Assembly (NCBI GenBank): GCA_030324005.1
Contig: JARDVH010000084.1
Location: forward strand, 92,988,417-93,052,416
Source: Negaprion brevirostris
Lineage: Eukaryota
Length of the DNA: 64,000 nucleotides
Reading direction: 5' to 3'
Of this stretch, positions 36,500 through 50,399 are shown in pieces. The position numbers and the translations under genes were made by a program. Under the pieces are notes generated by a model that ran no database searches, was not told where the DNA came from, and saw only the letters and a list, made by a program, of their open reading frames with translations. Each line of letters opens with the position of its first letter. Position 1 is the stretch's first letter.

Positions 36500-38450
36500 G
36501 TTGAATGGTTCAATTATTTTTGCTAACGTGGTGCACTACACAATTATTCTGCACTTAATAAACGTTTATTTTCTCGTATTAAAAATATACTTTCAGAATC
36601 TGGAGAATATGTTCAGCAGCTGACTACAGTTTCATAAAATAAAAGAATGCTTGCATCGACCAGAGAAACATTCACTCTGATTTACTTGTCCACTATTAAC
36701 AAGAATTGGGTTTATATCGGCTTCAATTGGAAACTAGTCTTCAACGTATTGAGGACTCAAATAGGAAAAGCGACGTTTGAGGTCACTAAAATCACCGAAG
36801 GACGTCAATGAAATAGGGTTCAGTTCCAAAGAAGGTAAATTAACAAAGGAGCGCGTGTTTCTCATCATTGTTAGAATTAACTGAATCCAAAAAAATAGAC
36901 TCGAGTACATTGTAATAACTTCCATAGGTAAATTTATGTTCTTTACTCGTTAAAGGTTAGAAACCGGAGAGCGGGAGTTATTTCTCCACGTGTAAGCCTT
37001 GGATAGTGCATCCAAAGGAAATATATTTCTACATCCGGGCGCCGTAAAAAAAAATACCATGTATATAAGTAAATATACCGACCAATTTAATTGAAAATTC
37101 GGGAGCAATCTCGTGCCCGGAGAGAACCAGTATTATAGAACATCTAAGCATAAATATGCTTGAGGTTACTATTGCAAATTTAAGTAGCTTGGTTGAAAAC
37201 AAAAACGAGTGCAAAGAGTAAATAGTCCTTTGTGGGGAAAAAAAGGATGACAGACAGTGGAGAAAATCTGGCGTGCAGGACTAAACGGTCACACAGACTT
37301 TGATACATTGGTGGCGTATGCACATAGTGATTCGAAAATGGCAAGGGAATAACCTGGCAGGCATTCTTTTTTTATTAGTATTTCTTTAGCGTAATTAGTA
37401 AACCACAATTCGGAACGCAGACAAAAAACGACAAATTTATGGTTACAAATGAGGCTGCATATCCCTGAAAAGCAGAAATCATACTCATATAATGAAGACA
37501 TGAGGGACATGATAACAAAGCAGATATTTCATATTTTACACTAGCGCTAAAAGGCTAAAGTAACAGATGATATCTCATGTAAATGAAATGCGCTCATTCT
37601 TTGCCCTTTAAAAGAAGTAGAAAAAAAACCTTACCGACGTCTCGACGAATTGCTTCTATTTGTTCCATTTCTGAAAAATAATGCGAACAATAAGTGATGA
37701 TGCTTATTATGGAAAAAAAATGTGAAAGGTCATGTGTGTTAAATCTATCAGCTCCTATCTGCGTTTAACAATTCATGTCTGTTCGGCAGAGTCTAACAGT
37801 GTCTTAAATGCCTATGTGGAAATTTGCAAAGTGCGTACATGTTGGATAAAAACATACCAGCGCAATTATTCACATTCTGTTTGGTTTTACACCAATATAA
37901 ATTGTTCCATTGTTTTCACAGTGGGCGGAACTCCGGGGCAGATTGGAATTCAGTGCCCTTCTGAAAATTGGCTATTTAGTGCCGTACTTTTGTGTGGTAC
38001 CGTGCCTTTATTTTGAGCAAAGGGCTTGGCGATTGCGATTCTGTCTCGTACGGATATGCACCTTTTGGACGTATTTCTGAATTGCTGGTTTANNNNNNNN
38101 NNNNNNNNNNNNNNNNNNNNNNNNNNNNNNNNNNNNNNNNNNNNNNNNNNNNNNNNNNNNNNNNNNNNNNNNNNNNNNNNNNNNNNNNNNNNNNNNNNNN
38201 NNNNNNNNNNNNNNNNNNNNNNNNNNNNNNNNNNNNNNNNNNNNNNNNNATTATCATGCAGGAAAATACTTAGCATCCCCCAATGCAGCCGTGTGTCTGA
38301 CTTGTGACGTTTAATTCATGTTAATTTCGTTCTGGAGCTGCCGACCATGTGCGTTCTAGCTCTATATTTTAGCTCACAATTGGAAAAAAAAATTCCAACG
38401 AGGCACGCATGTTAAAATCAATCCGGGAAGTTGTTTTTCTTTTCAGCTTC
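36500..38450 (+). mobile_element. Decayed Academ-like transposase relic A11
   Basis: EIG..KLTKERV..IQKNRL 36810-36902 (cf. G..FVxERL..PIxKNxL); ELFLHV (cf. EFFxHE); WQAFF; HEGHDNK 37499-37519 (cf. HEEADT); IHVCSAESNSV..ICKVRTCW (ORF 37732..38016, cf. HAxSGCDxVS..GKxxxW). Confidence 0.7.
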
Positions 38451-39046
38451 TAGGCAGAAAATTCAAAACATTTTTAGTCTACTCGATGGAATTTATATGC
38501 TGAGTCTAGAGGTTAGAGGCCGGCGAGCGGGAATGCTTTCTCCATCTGTAAGCCTTGAATATTGCATCCAAAGGAAATATATTTCTACATCCGGGAGCGG
38601 TAAAAAATAACAACCAACCATATATATAAGTGAATATACCGACCAATTTAATTGAAAATTCGGGAGCAATCCCGTACCCGGAGAGTACCAATATTATGGA
38701 ACATCTAAGCATAAATGTGCTTGAGGTTACTATTGCAAATTTTAAGAAGCTAGGTTATAAAGAAATGAGTGCAAAGAGTAAATGGTCCTTTGTCGGAAAA
38801 AAAAACTAAGATGACAGACAGTGGAGAAAATCTGGCGTGCAGGATTAAACTGTCACACATACTTTGATACGTTGGTGGCGTATGCACATAGTGATTCGAA
38901 AATGGCAACGGAATAACTTGGCAGGCATTCTTTTTTTATTATTATTATTTCTTTAGCGTAATTAGTAAACCACAATTCGGAACGCAGACAAAAATCGACA
39001 AATGTACGGTTGCAAATGAGGCAGCATATCGCTGAAAAGTAGAAAT
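36954..39046. repeat. Local direct duplication of ~530 bp (36954-37479 and 38510-39046)
   Basis: Both copies run from 'aggttag..ccgg.gagcggga' to 'gcatatc.ctgaaaag.agaaat', with scattered substitutions and small indels. ORFs 37029..37214 and 38506..38712 share MLRCSIILVLSG..IAPEFSIKLVGIFTYI. Confidence 0.95.
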
Positions 39047-39299
39047 AACACTTTTGTGTTACTTGGACAGGTTATGAATAGAAATCAGGAATTCGGTTTG
39101 CTAGATTGAAAACTCTTGGCAGAAATAAAATCAGATTATAAAAATAGATGTGCCTACTCCCCAGGCCCCTTTCAGACAGATTATATATAGGTACATCAAA
39201 TGACGTTATTTTTTTTAATGTACCTTCAGGCTTTTATCTGTGTTTGTGTGCACATAATTGCTGTAACATCCAGTAATGTCAGTATGTATATAGTTCACC

Positions 39300-40900
39300 T
39301 GATTTGGTTTCACGTATCTTTGCTTCTGTAACGTGGAAATACAAAATAGTGTTTGATTCCTGGTATGGAGAATCCCAGGTTTTCTGTTTGATAATATCAT
39401 GCTTAATAAATGAGTGAAATTCATGAATAATTTACTTGGGACTGGATCAATCCTTAAGAAGAAGCTCGGAGCAAAATAGAGAAACTTAATTTTCATTCCA
39501 TGCACTTGCATCTTGCGTCGATTTTACTGGACTTATGCTCAAGCAGTTACCGTGTATTTATTTAAAGAAATACGCTTTGATTTGTGCGCACACATTGCTT
39601 AAGAATCCCGAACATATTGGCTTACAAATCTGTGTTTTACCTTTTCTCTACCCGTAGAAAACTTTAAATTCCTGCTTAACAAGGTCTGCTTGTTCGGTGA
39701 GCTTTCACCAGAGGCTTCATGCTTAATATTCAAGTGTGTACGCCATACCACTCCAGTAAAAAGCTACGGTACTTGTGAATATGAAAACATTAAGATTGGT
39801 TGTTGCAAATCTGTAATATTTCGAAATTGCCAACTATTTAAAATAACAATATTGTTGTTGATATTTTGGCTCCATGCAAAATTACATTTATAATTTAGAC
39901 GATAGTCAGTGTTACAATATCAATGGACCTGAGGCGTGGTTACAATGTATCTTGTTGTCATTTGCGCTTCAGTTGGCCGCAACATTTGGTGATGTATCAC
40001 ATTTATGCACTCATCCCTTTCCCAGTTCAGTAGCACATCACCACTAATACAAGAAAGCCATAACCTTCGGTAACCAAAAGGGAAAAAAAAAGCTAGAAAA
40101 TTTCAGAAGGTCTGGCAGCATCAAAAAGGAGAGACGTTTCGATTTCAGATGGTCTTTCAAATATGGTGGCTCGTCACCATAGGCGTTTCGTTTGAATAAT
40201 ACTAGAGGCAGGGAACGTGTAAGTGATTTCCCAGACTGCACCTTAATCGCCCGCTTCCTGGAAAGTCAGTTACAAGTTGCAAGTACCAGAATGTTAAGCT
40301 TTCCGAAATGAATTAAAGTTCTCAGGTCTGAAATAGCAAATATGCCATGCCCTGAGATCTCTTTGGTTTATTCTGTTTTGCTGAATGGCGTTATAAAAAA
40401 TAAAGTTATCTGTTGCTACTTATTAGTAGACCAAATCCATGGATACGATGAGGTGGAAAACCAAAACAGCCTACAGTAATGTGTCTCCAAGTAGTACGCT
40501 GTTTTGTTTGACGTATTCTACATACCAGATTTTCAGTAATTTATCAGTATAATGCTCACCATCGTCCAGCAGGTGTTCTACAACGAAATTGATATTAATT
40601 CTGATAAGTAATTCAAAATTCATAGCAATCATATTAATGGAATTTACAAGAAAATTCAAGGCAAACAGTGTAAGACCTAATTATCAGATGAAGAACATTG
40701 GCCTTTATGTTATTATAATTGGTAAGTACGCTTACGTTTCTCCCTCTCAGCTGCGGAAAGGAGCAAAAAGACGGTATTTTAGTCATTAAATGCGAGTCAG
40801 TGACATATACGTGCCATGAAAGTAAGGCAAAGCAGATATGAAGCGATGAGAAAGTATGGGGATCCCATAACCAATCGTAAACCTTCATATATCCTTACTT
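39300..40900 (+). mobile_element. Decayed Academ-like transposase relic A12
   Basis: HIGLQICVLPFLYP 39613-39654 (cf. xxGxxxPxxTFDQPL); CASVGRN 39963-39983 (cf. FAAxGHxNY); DINSDK 40591-40608 (cf. xNxDxA). Confidence 0.45.
40085..40160 (-). mobile_element. Penelope pseudo-LTR fragment
   Basis: 'gctagaaaatttcagaaggtctggcagcatc..ggagagacgtttcg..gtctttca' is the reverse of the shark Penelope terminal motif (cf. 46930-47000). Confidence 0.55.
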
Positions 40901-40932
40901 AAACGTACGAGGATGCTTTGAAACTTTCAAAT

Positions 40933-41260
40933 GGCAGGCACGGTGGTGCAATGGTTCGCAATGCCGGTTCACATCGCCAAGGACCGAGTTTTAAATCCGG
41001 CCTGGGGGATTGCCTGTGACACGGTACTTTGGGTGAGTTTCATCCGTTTGCTCCGTTTTCCTCCCTCAGTCCAAATGAGTGAAGGTTAGGTAGGTTGACC
41101 TTAATAAATTACCCCTTGAAGTCCCAAAATGTATATTTGTTTTGGACAGGGATGAATAAGTGAGGCAAATACGTCTGGAGATGCTGTGTCGACAATCATT
41201 GCAAGCTCGATGGGCCGAATGGCCTCCTTCAGCAGCGTAGCAATTGCAGGATTCTAAGGG
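40933..41260 (+). mobile_element. HE1/V-SINE
   Basis: 'ggcacggtggtgcaatggttcgca...tgctccgttttcctccctcagtccaaa...gctcgatgggccgaatggcctccttc' includes head, V domain and CR1-derived tail. Confidence 0.8.
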
Positions 41261-41799
41261 AACATAGAAATTGGCAGGTCATGCCAGTTATGTTTTTGTT
41301 TTTCTCTCACCTTGTTTCCTCAGGGCATCTTTTAGATCGTCCACTTCTGGAATATATACATGTATAAGCACACGTTTACTTGTCATTTATAATTCAAACG
41401 GGCCATTATTCTAAAGCGACACTTCCAATGACCATTTCTCTGNNNNNNNNNNNNNNNNNNNNNNNNNNNNNNNNNNNNNNNNNNNNNNNNNNNNNNNNNN
41501 NNNNNNNNNNNNNNNNNNNNNNNNNNNNNNNNNNNNNNNNNNATTTGTTTCATCAAGTGCCACCTCTGCCTTATGATGATTTATTTTCCTAGTATCTCTT
41601 GGAACTGTGTTTTGTGGAACCAGTCAGGGAGTGTGCTACTCTGTATTTTATATTGTGCATTGTGGAGACTTTACATCATTACATCCACGTTAAGGAGTCG
41701 TGATCATAGCCTGGTAGGAATCAAAAATCAGTTTTGGGTGCGAGCAAGTTTAGTCCCACACTAACTTTCCGGAATTAAACAAATGAAATTGCAAAAGTA

Positions 41800-42815
41800 T
41801 GAGGGTAGATTTGACCCGAGTAGAGTGGGCAACAAGGCTAAAATTTGGAAAGCGGAAAAGCAATGGTAGGCGATTAAGGAGATACTCAATTACTCACAAC
41901 TGAAAAAAAATGACGGAAAAAGGACTTTAGAAAAAAAAACACCCAACGTTAAACAGTAAGTCCGAGGGTCATATAAAAAAAAACAATATAAAAAAATGTG
42001 TATCACATTAGGAAGGCAGCGGATTCTGGAAGATTGGCAAGCTTTCAAACATAAACAAGGGCATAGTAAAAATAACTAACAAGAAGATTTAAGGTAAATT
42101 ATGAAAACTAAAGCGCAAAGCATCAATACGATTGCAAATTATTCTACCTATTCTTAAAAGGGATGAGTGACGCTAAGGCGAATGTTAGTCCCTGGGAAGA
42201 TGAAGGCGGGAGTCCATAGTGTGGAGCGCTGAAATTGCAGAGATACTAAATCAATACTTTGCCTCACTTTTCACAGTGAAGGAAACCAGTGCCATTCATG
42301 TAGGATCGGGCAAGTCAGAGGCAATAGAAATGGTCGAAGTTAGAGCAATCACATATATGGGGAAATGGTCCTCAGCAAACTATTTGTATTGAGGGTTGAT
42401 AATCATACCCCATTACACTCACCGCAATGCCAGCGCCCCCACCACTCCCCACTGCCTGACCACATAAATCCGAGGATATTAAAGGAATAGCGGTGTCGAT
42501 AATGGATCTATTGGTTCTAAAATTCCGAAATTTCCTAGGCACTGGAAAGGTTCCAGTGGATTGGTAAAATTCTAATCTACCGCCCTTATCCAAAAAAGGA
42601 GGGAGAAGAAATATGGGAAATTTCAGACCAGTTAGTTTAAGGTCTGCTGTTGAGAAACTGTTTGATTCAATTATCAAGGACTCAAAATCAGGTCATTTGA
42701 AATGTCATCATGTTCAGCGCTGTTTTATGAAGGACAAATCATGTTTGACTAATTTGGTCGGATTCTTCGAAGAAGTAACACGCAAAATGGATAATGCAAA
42801 TCTTGTTGATGAATA
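41800..42815 (+). mobile_element. CR1 ORF2 tether/RT N-terminal fragment
   Basis: EILNQYFASLFT near 42240; ORF 42613..42816 has GNFRPVSLRSAVEKLFDSIIKD..FMKDKSCLTNLVGFFEEVT. Confidence 0.85.
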
Positions 42816-43299
42816 ATTAAATTCACCTCTATCTTTTCTACGTAGATTGTCCTCTGTAAAAAGAAATTGCACTTTCTCACTCAAGTCACTTTTCAGAATT
42901 CATTTCGGTGACATCTACTGCAAATCCTGACTGGTAGTTATGAACGAACTCAATCGCTCTTAAATCAACTTCATAATTCATCAGATCCAAATTACGTTGC
43001 TATCAATGTCAATATTCAAGTCTAACTATGAAATATTCGGTCCTTTGATTTTGTCTGTCCAGAATGTCATCAAAACTTTGCACTACGCGAGGTATAAAAA
43101 TCGAAGCTCGATAATATTGTGTATCTTCTTCATAACTTTGTAGAATCAATTTCAAAAGATGTTGCATCTGAATAATCGGTAAAGTTTGAACTTTTGAAAT
43201 TCGAACGGAACATAATTCAATTGTGTTAAATCTGAATCGCGCATCCAATATATCTGGGGAGAAGCTTCGGATGATAACCCATTCCCCTATATTTCTTGT

Positions 43300-46200
43300 C
43301 AGGATGATGAAATTCCACAGGATGGAAAATTATTAATTTGGTTAGTCAGACTGAATGCATATCAAATAGATATTTACTGCCAACAAAATAATTAATGTTC
43401 AAGTCCTAAGGACGGAAATCTGTCCTTGCTGTTTTCTGGCCGTAAACCAATGTGACCGTGAGGTATTAACTACTCCTCCAAAACAAATAACCTATGGTGT
43501 AAATAATTTAGCACACTTGTTTTTTGATGATTATTTTGATTTTGTCGAAGAATCAATGTCGAACTATGTACATTCTTCATTTAAGAAATGTCTTCCAGTT
43601 ATGCATCAAGTGATGAGCACTGTTTCAAAATATATTATGCATTTATGTAAAACCTTGTTCAATTATGCCTGGTTGCTTGTATCGTTAGGTCTTGCTGACA
43701 GTACTTCGAAAAGATTTCCCTCACCAACATATTGTATGTTTTCCTTCATTTTTTCTAGTTCTGCAAAATAAAGTCAAAACGAACAAAATTACTCGTTATA
43801 CCAGGCTCAATATGTAAACGTAAACATTCCTAAGCGTTCTATGTGACATATAATAAACATGTTCATTTTCCTTCTGGCTTGAAGAACGACTAAAAGTGGC
43901 CTCAGGATTTGAATTTGCTTTTCCCAATATTACCTGTTCTCCTCCATTTTACTCTTCATCACAGCATTGGCAGGACAGGGAGCCAATATCACATTTCAGA
44001 CGTCCGTCAGCTTTGTACTCAACATTGTGAGTGCACAGAAGAGGATGTGTTCAGATAGGCAGTGAGTGAGCATTATTCAGGCCTCTTTTCAAGAAAGAAG
44101 CAAAATATACAATTTGAAAGTAGAATCCATGAAGTTTTGAGGACTATCAGCATCAAAATAGTTTTATTAAAAATGAACCCATAATCTCTTTAAAATTAGG
44201 ATTCCGACAATCAAGGAAGAATTTAAGAGAACATGATGACGAATGGTTTTATTTCCTAGTGTGGATTAGAAAATAACCACGTACCGTCGTCAAAGTACAA
44301 TCACTAAGCAATCTACTGGGAATTGAAAAGACCACTCCTCTCACAACGACACGGAATGAATTGAAACTCATAGCCATACATAGCGGATGAAATGAAGAGT
44401 ATAAATGCGTGCAAGGGGGAAAAGGCTAATATCTTACAGAAATGTGGGTGGATGGTTGCAATCTTAGATTTTGATTACAAACTGTGAGCTTGTTTTGTTC
44501 GATCATGATCATGAACGTGGCAAAAGTTTGCCAAGTCTTCTGTTCTGGTAATGGAAATCCTATTTAATCTCATGAAATCTTATGCAACACGCGCAGTCTC
44601 TGGAGAAGCATTTGAATTTGTTGAGAATTTTATCTTGTGAAGCTTCTGAATCTACGATATTTGATTGCTGGCACATTAAAAAGCATGAGTATTGTGACGT
44701 TAAATTAGCAAATCAAACCGACAATTAATCCGTTACATCAAATGTATTCGCTCCATCCAACATCCATAGTTGAAAATTAATTTCAAAGAAATAAGAGCCA
44801 GAGGAGGTGACTGTGAATACATTCCGATCTTCACGGATTTCGGAGCCCAGCGTGTTATTGTAAAATATGCAAGGAAAGTATTGCAGCTATACCACCAACT
44901 AGGACTTCCGATAGTTCCCAAAATCCACAAGGGAAGACTGTCCTGGTTGGCCCATATTTATTCTTATCTTGACTCCATCCTTTCTCCTCTGGTGGATTGT
45001 CCCCCCTCCTACATCCGGGATTCCTCTGATGCTCTGTCTCATAATGGCAGCTTCCAGGTTGCATGCCCTCACTGCCTCCTATTTATCATGGATGTACAAT
45101 CTCCCAATGACTCCATCCCAACGGGAATGGACTAAGAGCTCTTCGCTTCTTTCTTGAAAAGAGGCATGAATTCTTGCCCATTCACTGCTTGGCTGAACAC
45201 ATCCATCTCTCAACAATGTCCCTTTTAACTCATCCAGCTCCCTCCAAATCAAAGGTGTCNNNNNNNNNNNNNNNNNNNNNNNNNNNNNNNNNNNNNNNNN
45301 NNNNNNNNNNNNNNNNNNTTCTTTGTTCCAGGCCAACCTTAATCCCGTCCCACAACTCATTCCTTGGTACATCGATGACTATATTTGTGTTGATTCGTGG
45401 TCTTGTCAGGACCTGGATAAAATGATCATTTTTGCTTCCACTCTACTCCGCCATCACTTTCACCTGGTCAATGTTAGGCACTTCCGTTCCCTTTGTTTGG
45501 GCTTTCTGTCTCCATTTCTGGCAATAAACTATCAACCAATATCTACTAAAAGCCGACTGACACCTGAAGTTATTTGGATTACAGCTCGTGGCACCCTACA
45601 TCTTATAGGAGTCCAGCACTTTTCCTCATTTCATTCACCTCCCTCACAATTGTTCTGTTGACGCCATTTTCCAAAGTTGTGCTTCTAACATGTACTCCTA
45701 TTTTCTCAACCATGGTTTTCTACCTACAGTTTTGACAAGTCTCTCAACAGCGGGCGTTCCATCTTCCAAGCTACGAGGTTCTCCCCCTCCCTTCTCTCCG
45801 TGAAAGAGGATAGATACCCCTTTTTCTCACATTTCCACACCACCAGCCTTTACACGCAAAGCATAATGCTCTGCCATTTCCGCTAACTCCGGCGTGATGC
45901 CACCACCAAACACACCTTTGCTTCACTACCTCTCTCATCATTCTGCAGAGGCCATTCCCTCCGGTATATCCTATTCCACTCCTCCACTGCACCTAACACT
46001 ACTTCATCACCCATAATGCCTTCCCATGCAATCGCAGAATGTGTCACACCAGTCTTTTACTTCTATCAAGCGTTCCATCCATGATCCAAAACACTAATTC
46101 CAAGTTAAACCAGTGTTTCACTTGCACCTCTTTCAATTTGATGTACTGCATTTGCTGCACCGAGTGTGGTTTCCTCCATAGCGGAGAGACCAAATGTAGG

Positions 46201-47800
46201 CTGAGTGATCGCATTACTAAACACATTCGGCCTGGTACAATCAGGACCCTGACCGTATTGTTGCCTGTCATTTTAACACACAGTCCTGCTTCCATGCATA
46301 CATGTCTGCCCTTTCACTGTTGTAATTTGCTAGAGAAGCTTAACGTAAACTTCAGAAACAACACCTCCTCTTGTGGGTAGGCATGTTACAAACTTCCCGA
46401 CTTAACATCGAACTCAACAACTTCAGATGATTAGCTGTACGCCACATCAACCGCTTTGTTTTCTTTTTTTTTTCTTTTTCACTGTTCTCTACCATTTATT
46501 TATTGTTTTTCTTTATTTCCCTTCTCTCCAAACCTTTCCCCTATTTTATCCACCTTTCATTAATTTTTCTTCCCCTTTGCTTACCCTTTCTCTTTTACGT
46601 CCCTCCCCCCACATCTNNNNNNNNNNNNNNNNNNNNNNNNNNNNNNNNNNNNNNNNNNNNNNNNNNNNNNNNNNNNNNNNNNNNNNNNNNNNNNNNNNNN
46701 NNNNNNNNNNNNNNNNCCCCCCCATCCCCTCACATCTTCATCTGCCACAGCTTAACCTCTGGTTTCAGTTTATCTGCCGTTTGGCCATTTACACCTTTTA
46801 TTCTCCCTACGGACTGCCATTAATAGCTGTTTCCCTTGTTTTTTTATGACTATGGCTCATCTTTCCTTCCCGCATCCAACAGTACAATCATTTCCCACTT
46901 TCTATGCCTTTCAGCTTGGACAGAGATTCCAAACGCCAGCTCTTTTCTCTCGTTACAGATGCTGTCAGACTTATTAAGATCTCCAGCATTTTCCCGTTCG
47001 GTCGCCAGATCTTTTGAGATTTCGTTTTTGGAGCGTGAATTTCACGAATTTTACTGTCCAGGATCTGAAGAGGCAGGATGCACAATAGGATGTGGACCCA
47101 AAGGAAACAAGTTATTACACTCAGAAGTCTAATGCCTCACAATAATTAGCGCCCAATTTGTCATGTTCGTGTCAAGTCAAACAGGCATCTATTGGATGCA
47201 TTTCAGATAAGGCTTGAACATAAGCACGTCGAATTCCGACACGGCTGTCCACGCATGTTAGTCATTGCCAAGAAACTTGATAGAATATGCCGCAAATGGA
47301 CTGAAGACAATATTCAATAATGTTCGATTTGTTTTCCTTGTGTGAACTCTTATTGCAACACTGTTGTATGCCTCAAAGAAGAAGACGATCATCACTGAGA
47401 TCTGGTAAAAGATAACAAGGCAAGATCTGAACGAGTGAAGCAGCCAGGAAATCTGGCAATTCAAAGCGATGCATGCATTGAAAGTGAAAACATAGATTGA
47501 TTGTAACCAAACAAAACGCAAAGGAATATGATTGCAACGCCCAAGGCAAGTTCTTCTTTTCATTGCTTCACAGAATGTCCCCATAGTTGGCGAGACCAAC
47601 CTTAGGTTACTCAGCCAAAATGTCATGGGGAATTTGCCGGCGAGCAGCTGTCTTGTACTGCTGCACTCCGAGTGTTGTAGGTGCAAACAAGGTGTTGTTA
47701 CAAGGGTTTGCAGTGCCGATTAACAACAATGAGATTGCAGTAGATCTTTAAGTCACAGTGCGTTGCAGCTTGGATGAAGATTTGTCGTAAAATAAGTTTC
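43300..47800 (+). mobile_element. Decayed Academ-like transposase relic A13, split by a Penelope insertion
   Basis: Before the insertion: MNP* ~44173, MEILF/SHE 44551-44576 and IFDC 44657-44668. After it: RHLLDA 47183-47200, SDTAV 47235-47249, LKT..VRFV, and LPASSCLVLLHSECCRCKQG (ORF 47532..47723, Cys cluster). Confidence 0.55.
44896..47030 (+). mobile_element. Penelope-like retroelement (RT + GIY-YIG + pseudo-LTR), 5'-truncated
   Basis: PKIHK..SYLDSILSPLV..YIRDSSDAL..FIMDVQS..SIP (ORF 44770..45135); YIDD (ORF 45323..45661); FTCTSFNLMYCICCTECGFLHSGETKCRLSDR (ORF 46039..46380); 'cttaacatcgaactcaacaacttcaga'; terminal 'cagatgctgtcagact..ctccagcattttc'. Confidence 0.92.
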
Positions 47801-47899
47801 AAAGATTTTCTGTGCTGCTTCGATCAAATGCATTTAAGCGTTACAGCATATCTTCTCTAAGGCAACACTCCGACTATTCACCATAGCAGGACGGATTGT

Positions 47900-49300
47900 A
47901 TGCAGATAATATTTAAAATTGTGGATGAAGTCTCAGACAAGCAGAATTCTTTGCCACATTTGGTGCTGATGTTCCAGCCATTGTTGGCGTCCCATTAATT
48001 TGGACAATAACAACACTCCTCGCTTTCCAAGTTTGTGTCTTGTTGCTACAGGCTGAATATTAGAAAGCAAGAACGGAGTTCCTCGCTGCAAAATTTCCAG
48101 TTATTGTTTAATGCGCATTTGTTATAAGATTGCCCATTTTGCTCAACCATAAATATAACCAGTTGTGCATTATTTAACCATAAGACCTAAAAGAATATGT
48201 AATATGTAGCAAGTTATGTCTTTCTATTTCTGCCAACGTCAGTTTGCTGTTTTCAACGTAAATGTTATTGGTACATCGTGAAATCTATATGACAGAACGT
48301 GTATTCATCGAACCGATCTGCAGTCAATAATTGAAATACTGGAAAACGTATCTCGGTCAACTTACCTGTATCCTTTATAAGAAGTTGTCTCACTGTTTGA
48401 GAAGACAAGAAAATAATTATTAAACCGCAACATATACATCAGACTTTTAGAAACAAAACACGTTGATCTAATCAATGCGAGGGAACATTTGGCTTCCACT
48501 CATATGCTTAGCTTTCAGATAAACACTTGAGACTGGTATTTTAAATGCAATTTTCGGGCATATTGGTTGAGATGCCATTAAATAAAATGAATGTTTGTAA
48601 ATAGAAAAACAAAGTATCTCTTAATGTCGAAGATCTTCCAAATGCATTAATATGTCCATTCTATTACCGCATTTACAGTAGCATTCAAACATTGTTCAAC
48701 TCAAATAGTGGGTCAATGCATCAGTCTCCACATCGCTTTATAATCGTATTCATAATTACAAGTGTGAAATATCAAGCTCTCGTATTAGCCACCAGCATGG
48801 TAAAATAGCAACGATGTTTTCTTTCTCTGTCCCGAGCTGCGGACATGATATCTTCGTCATCAATAGGACCTCCTCCGTGAGTATCCATACTACCGGGTAT
48901 TCGTCCTTTGACTCACAGTGTATGGTATGAAAATCCTTATTCATGCTTCAGTTGCCTCTAGTTTTGTCCTTCAAACATGGTCTCACTAGAAATTTGGGCT
49001 ACCGCAAAAAAAAACGGTGCTTACCACAATTTGATTCACAACAGATACTTTTAACTGTGTAATCACTGGTCGACATTGAGTATTACCAAGATGCTTATTT
49101 GTCCCTCTGCCGCCAGTTTCGACAGTCTTTCGAATTCACACATATTCGGAACGCCGGTCAGCCTCGTACGAGTTTCAAACTTTATAGATCAGCAGTTCTA
49201 CTCAATTCCTAACTAAATTCCCTTCCGGAGATTTTCACACGTGTTTTCTGAGTCCAGTTTCGCTCAATTTAGGGATCCTTTTCTCACATACTCTTTACTA
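47900..49300 (-). mobile_element. Decayed Academ-like transposase relic A14
   Basis: ORF 48756..48944 has YPVVWILTEEVLLMTKI..ENIVAIL (cf. QxPVxTxDQxLYxxAKxIQW..VxxLGxxH). Boundaries are uncertain. Confidence 0.4.
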
Positions 49301-49894
49301 ATTTTTAGGCCAGCTATTTTCTTTTCCAAAAATTTAATTTCCTGTACCAATGTCAGGATTATTAAACATTCTAACTTGAAGTGCATTGCACTATTTTAAA
49401 TTAGAAATGTGAATTAGCAATGCAAGTTCTAATTGTATTTGTGGACTTTCATTTATCTGCTGATCATATTATTTCAAATTGAACGTTCATTTCAGTGCAA
49501 GAAAGCTTGTCTGGTTGTTCCTCGAAAGAATGATAATACTAGCCTTGGAAAATATAACAACAGCACATTCAACCACAGAAATGAACGAATATTTTTACCC
49601 AAGAAAGCACAGCAAAATGTATCAGCAGGAAATGATGCAGTGAGCAATATTTGAGAACAGGCAGAATAAAGTGCATAATGTTAATGGAATCCAGTAAAAT
49701 GTACAGTAACAATATTCATAATCAATAGAGGGGTGTGAGGGAACGGCGAGCTTTAAGGACATATGCCAAGTTGCAGATACATAAAGAAACGCTCGGAAAA
49801 TAATAGTGTTTTTCTGGATAAATGAGTTAGAATGTATCAGATTACAGCAGAATAAAATGAAAGGCAGAGGTGAGGATACACACTAAGCTAAAGG

Positions 49895-50012
49895 AAAAAT
49901 ACTGCAGCTGCTGGACTCTGAAATAGGAAATCAGAAAATTCTCGGAAACTCAAAAGGTTTGACAGCGTTGTGGAGAGAGAGAGAGAGAGAGAGTAGTGTC
50001 CATGTTTCGAGT
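49895..50012 (-). mobile_element. Penelope pseudo-LTR fragment with (GA)n expansion
   Basis: 'aaaatactgcagctgctggactctgaaata..cagaaaattctcggaaactc..ggtttgacagc..gtggagagaga(n)..tgtttcgagt'. Confidence 0.7.
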
Positions 50013-50399
50013 AAGAACGGCACGGACAAAAACCGGGCAGTTGAAAGGAGACAGTCAAGCAGTTCAGGAATTCAATAAATGAAGCTAGCTCACAGTTGAG
50101 TATTCATCTCTGAACACTGATTAAACCGGACGATTTTTTTTTTAATACGTGTTTTATTTGGTGCCTTCCATGGGACCAGGAAACTTCAGGAACATGTGCA
50201 GGAACAGATTAAATTACAGTGAAGTGACAAGATTAGATATTACTGTAATGTGATTGATGTCTAGATACACACGCAAAATGCCAACAATCTCCTTTACCAG
50301 CTATTTCCCCTCTATCAACACCCGAACCCAACCCACACCCAGCTGCACTGGTGTAACGAGCAGTTTCGTTGTAAAACGTTAAATTTGCTGACTTAAGTG

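Noticed and set aside
37900-37990. Possible host exon after a 'ttttcacag' acceptor
   Set aside because: There is no recognisable protein or partner exon, and it lies inside relic A11. Small host exons elsewhere in the window cannot be fully excluded.
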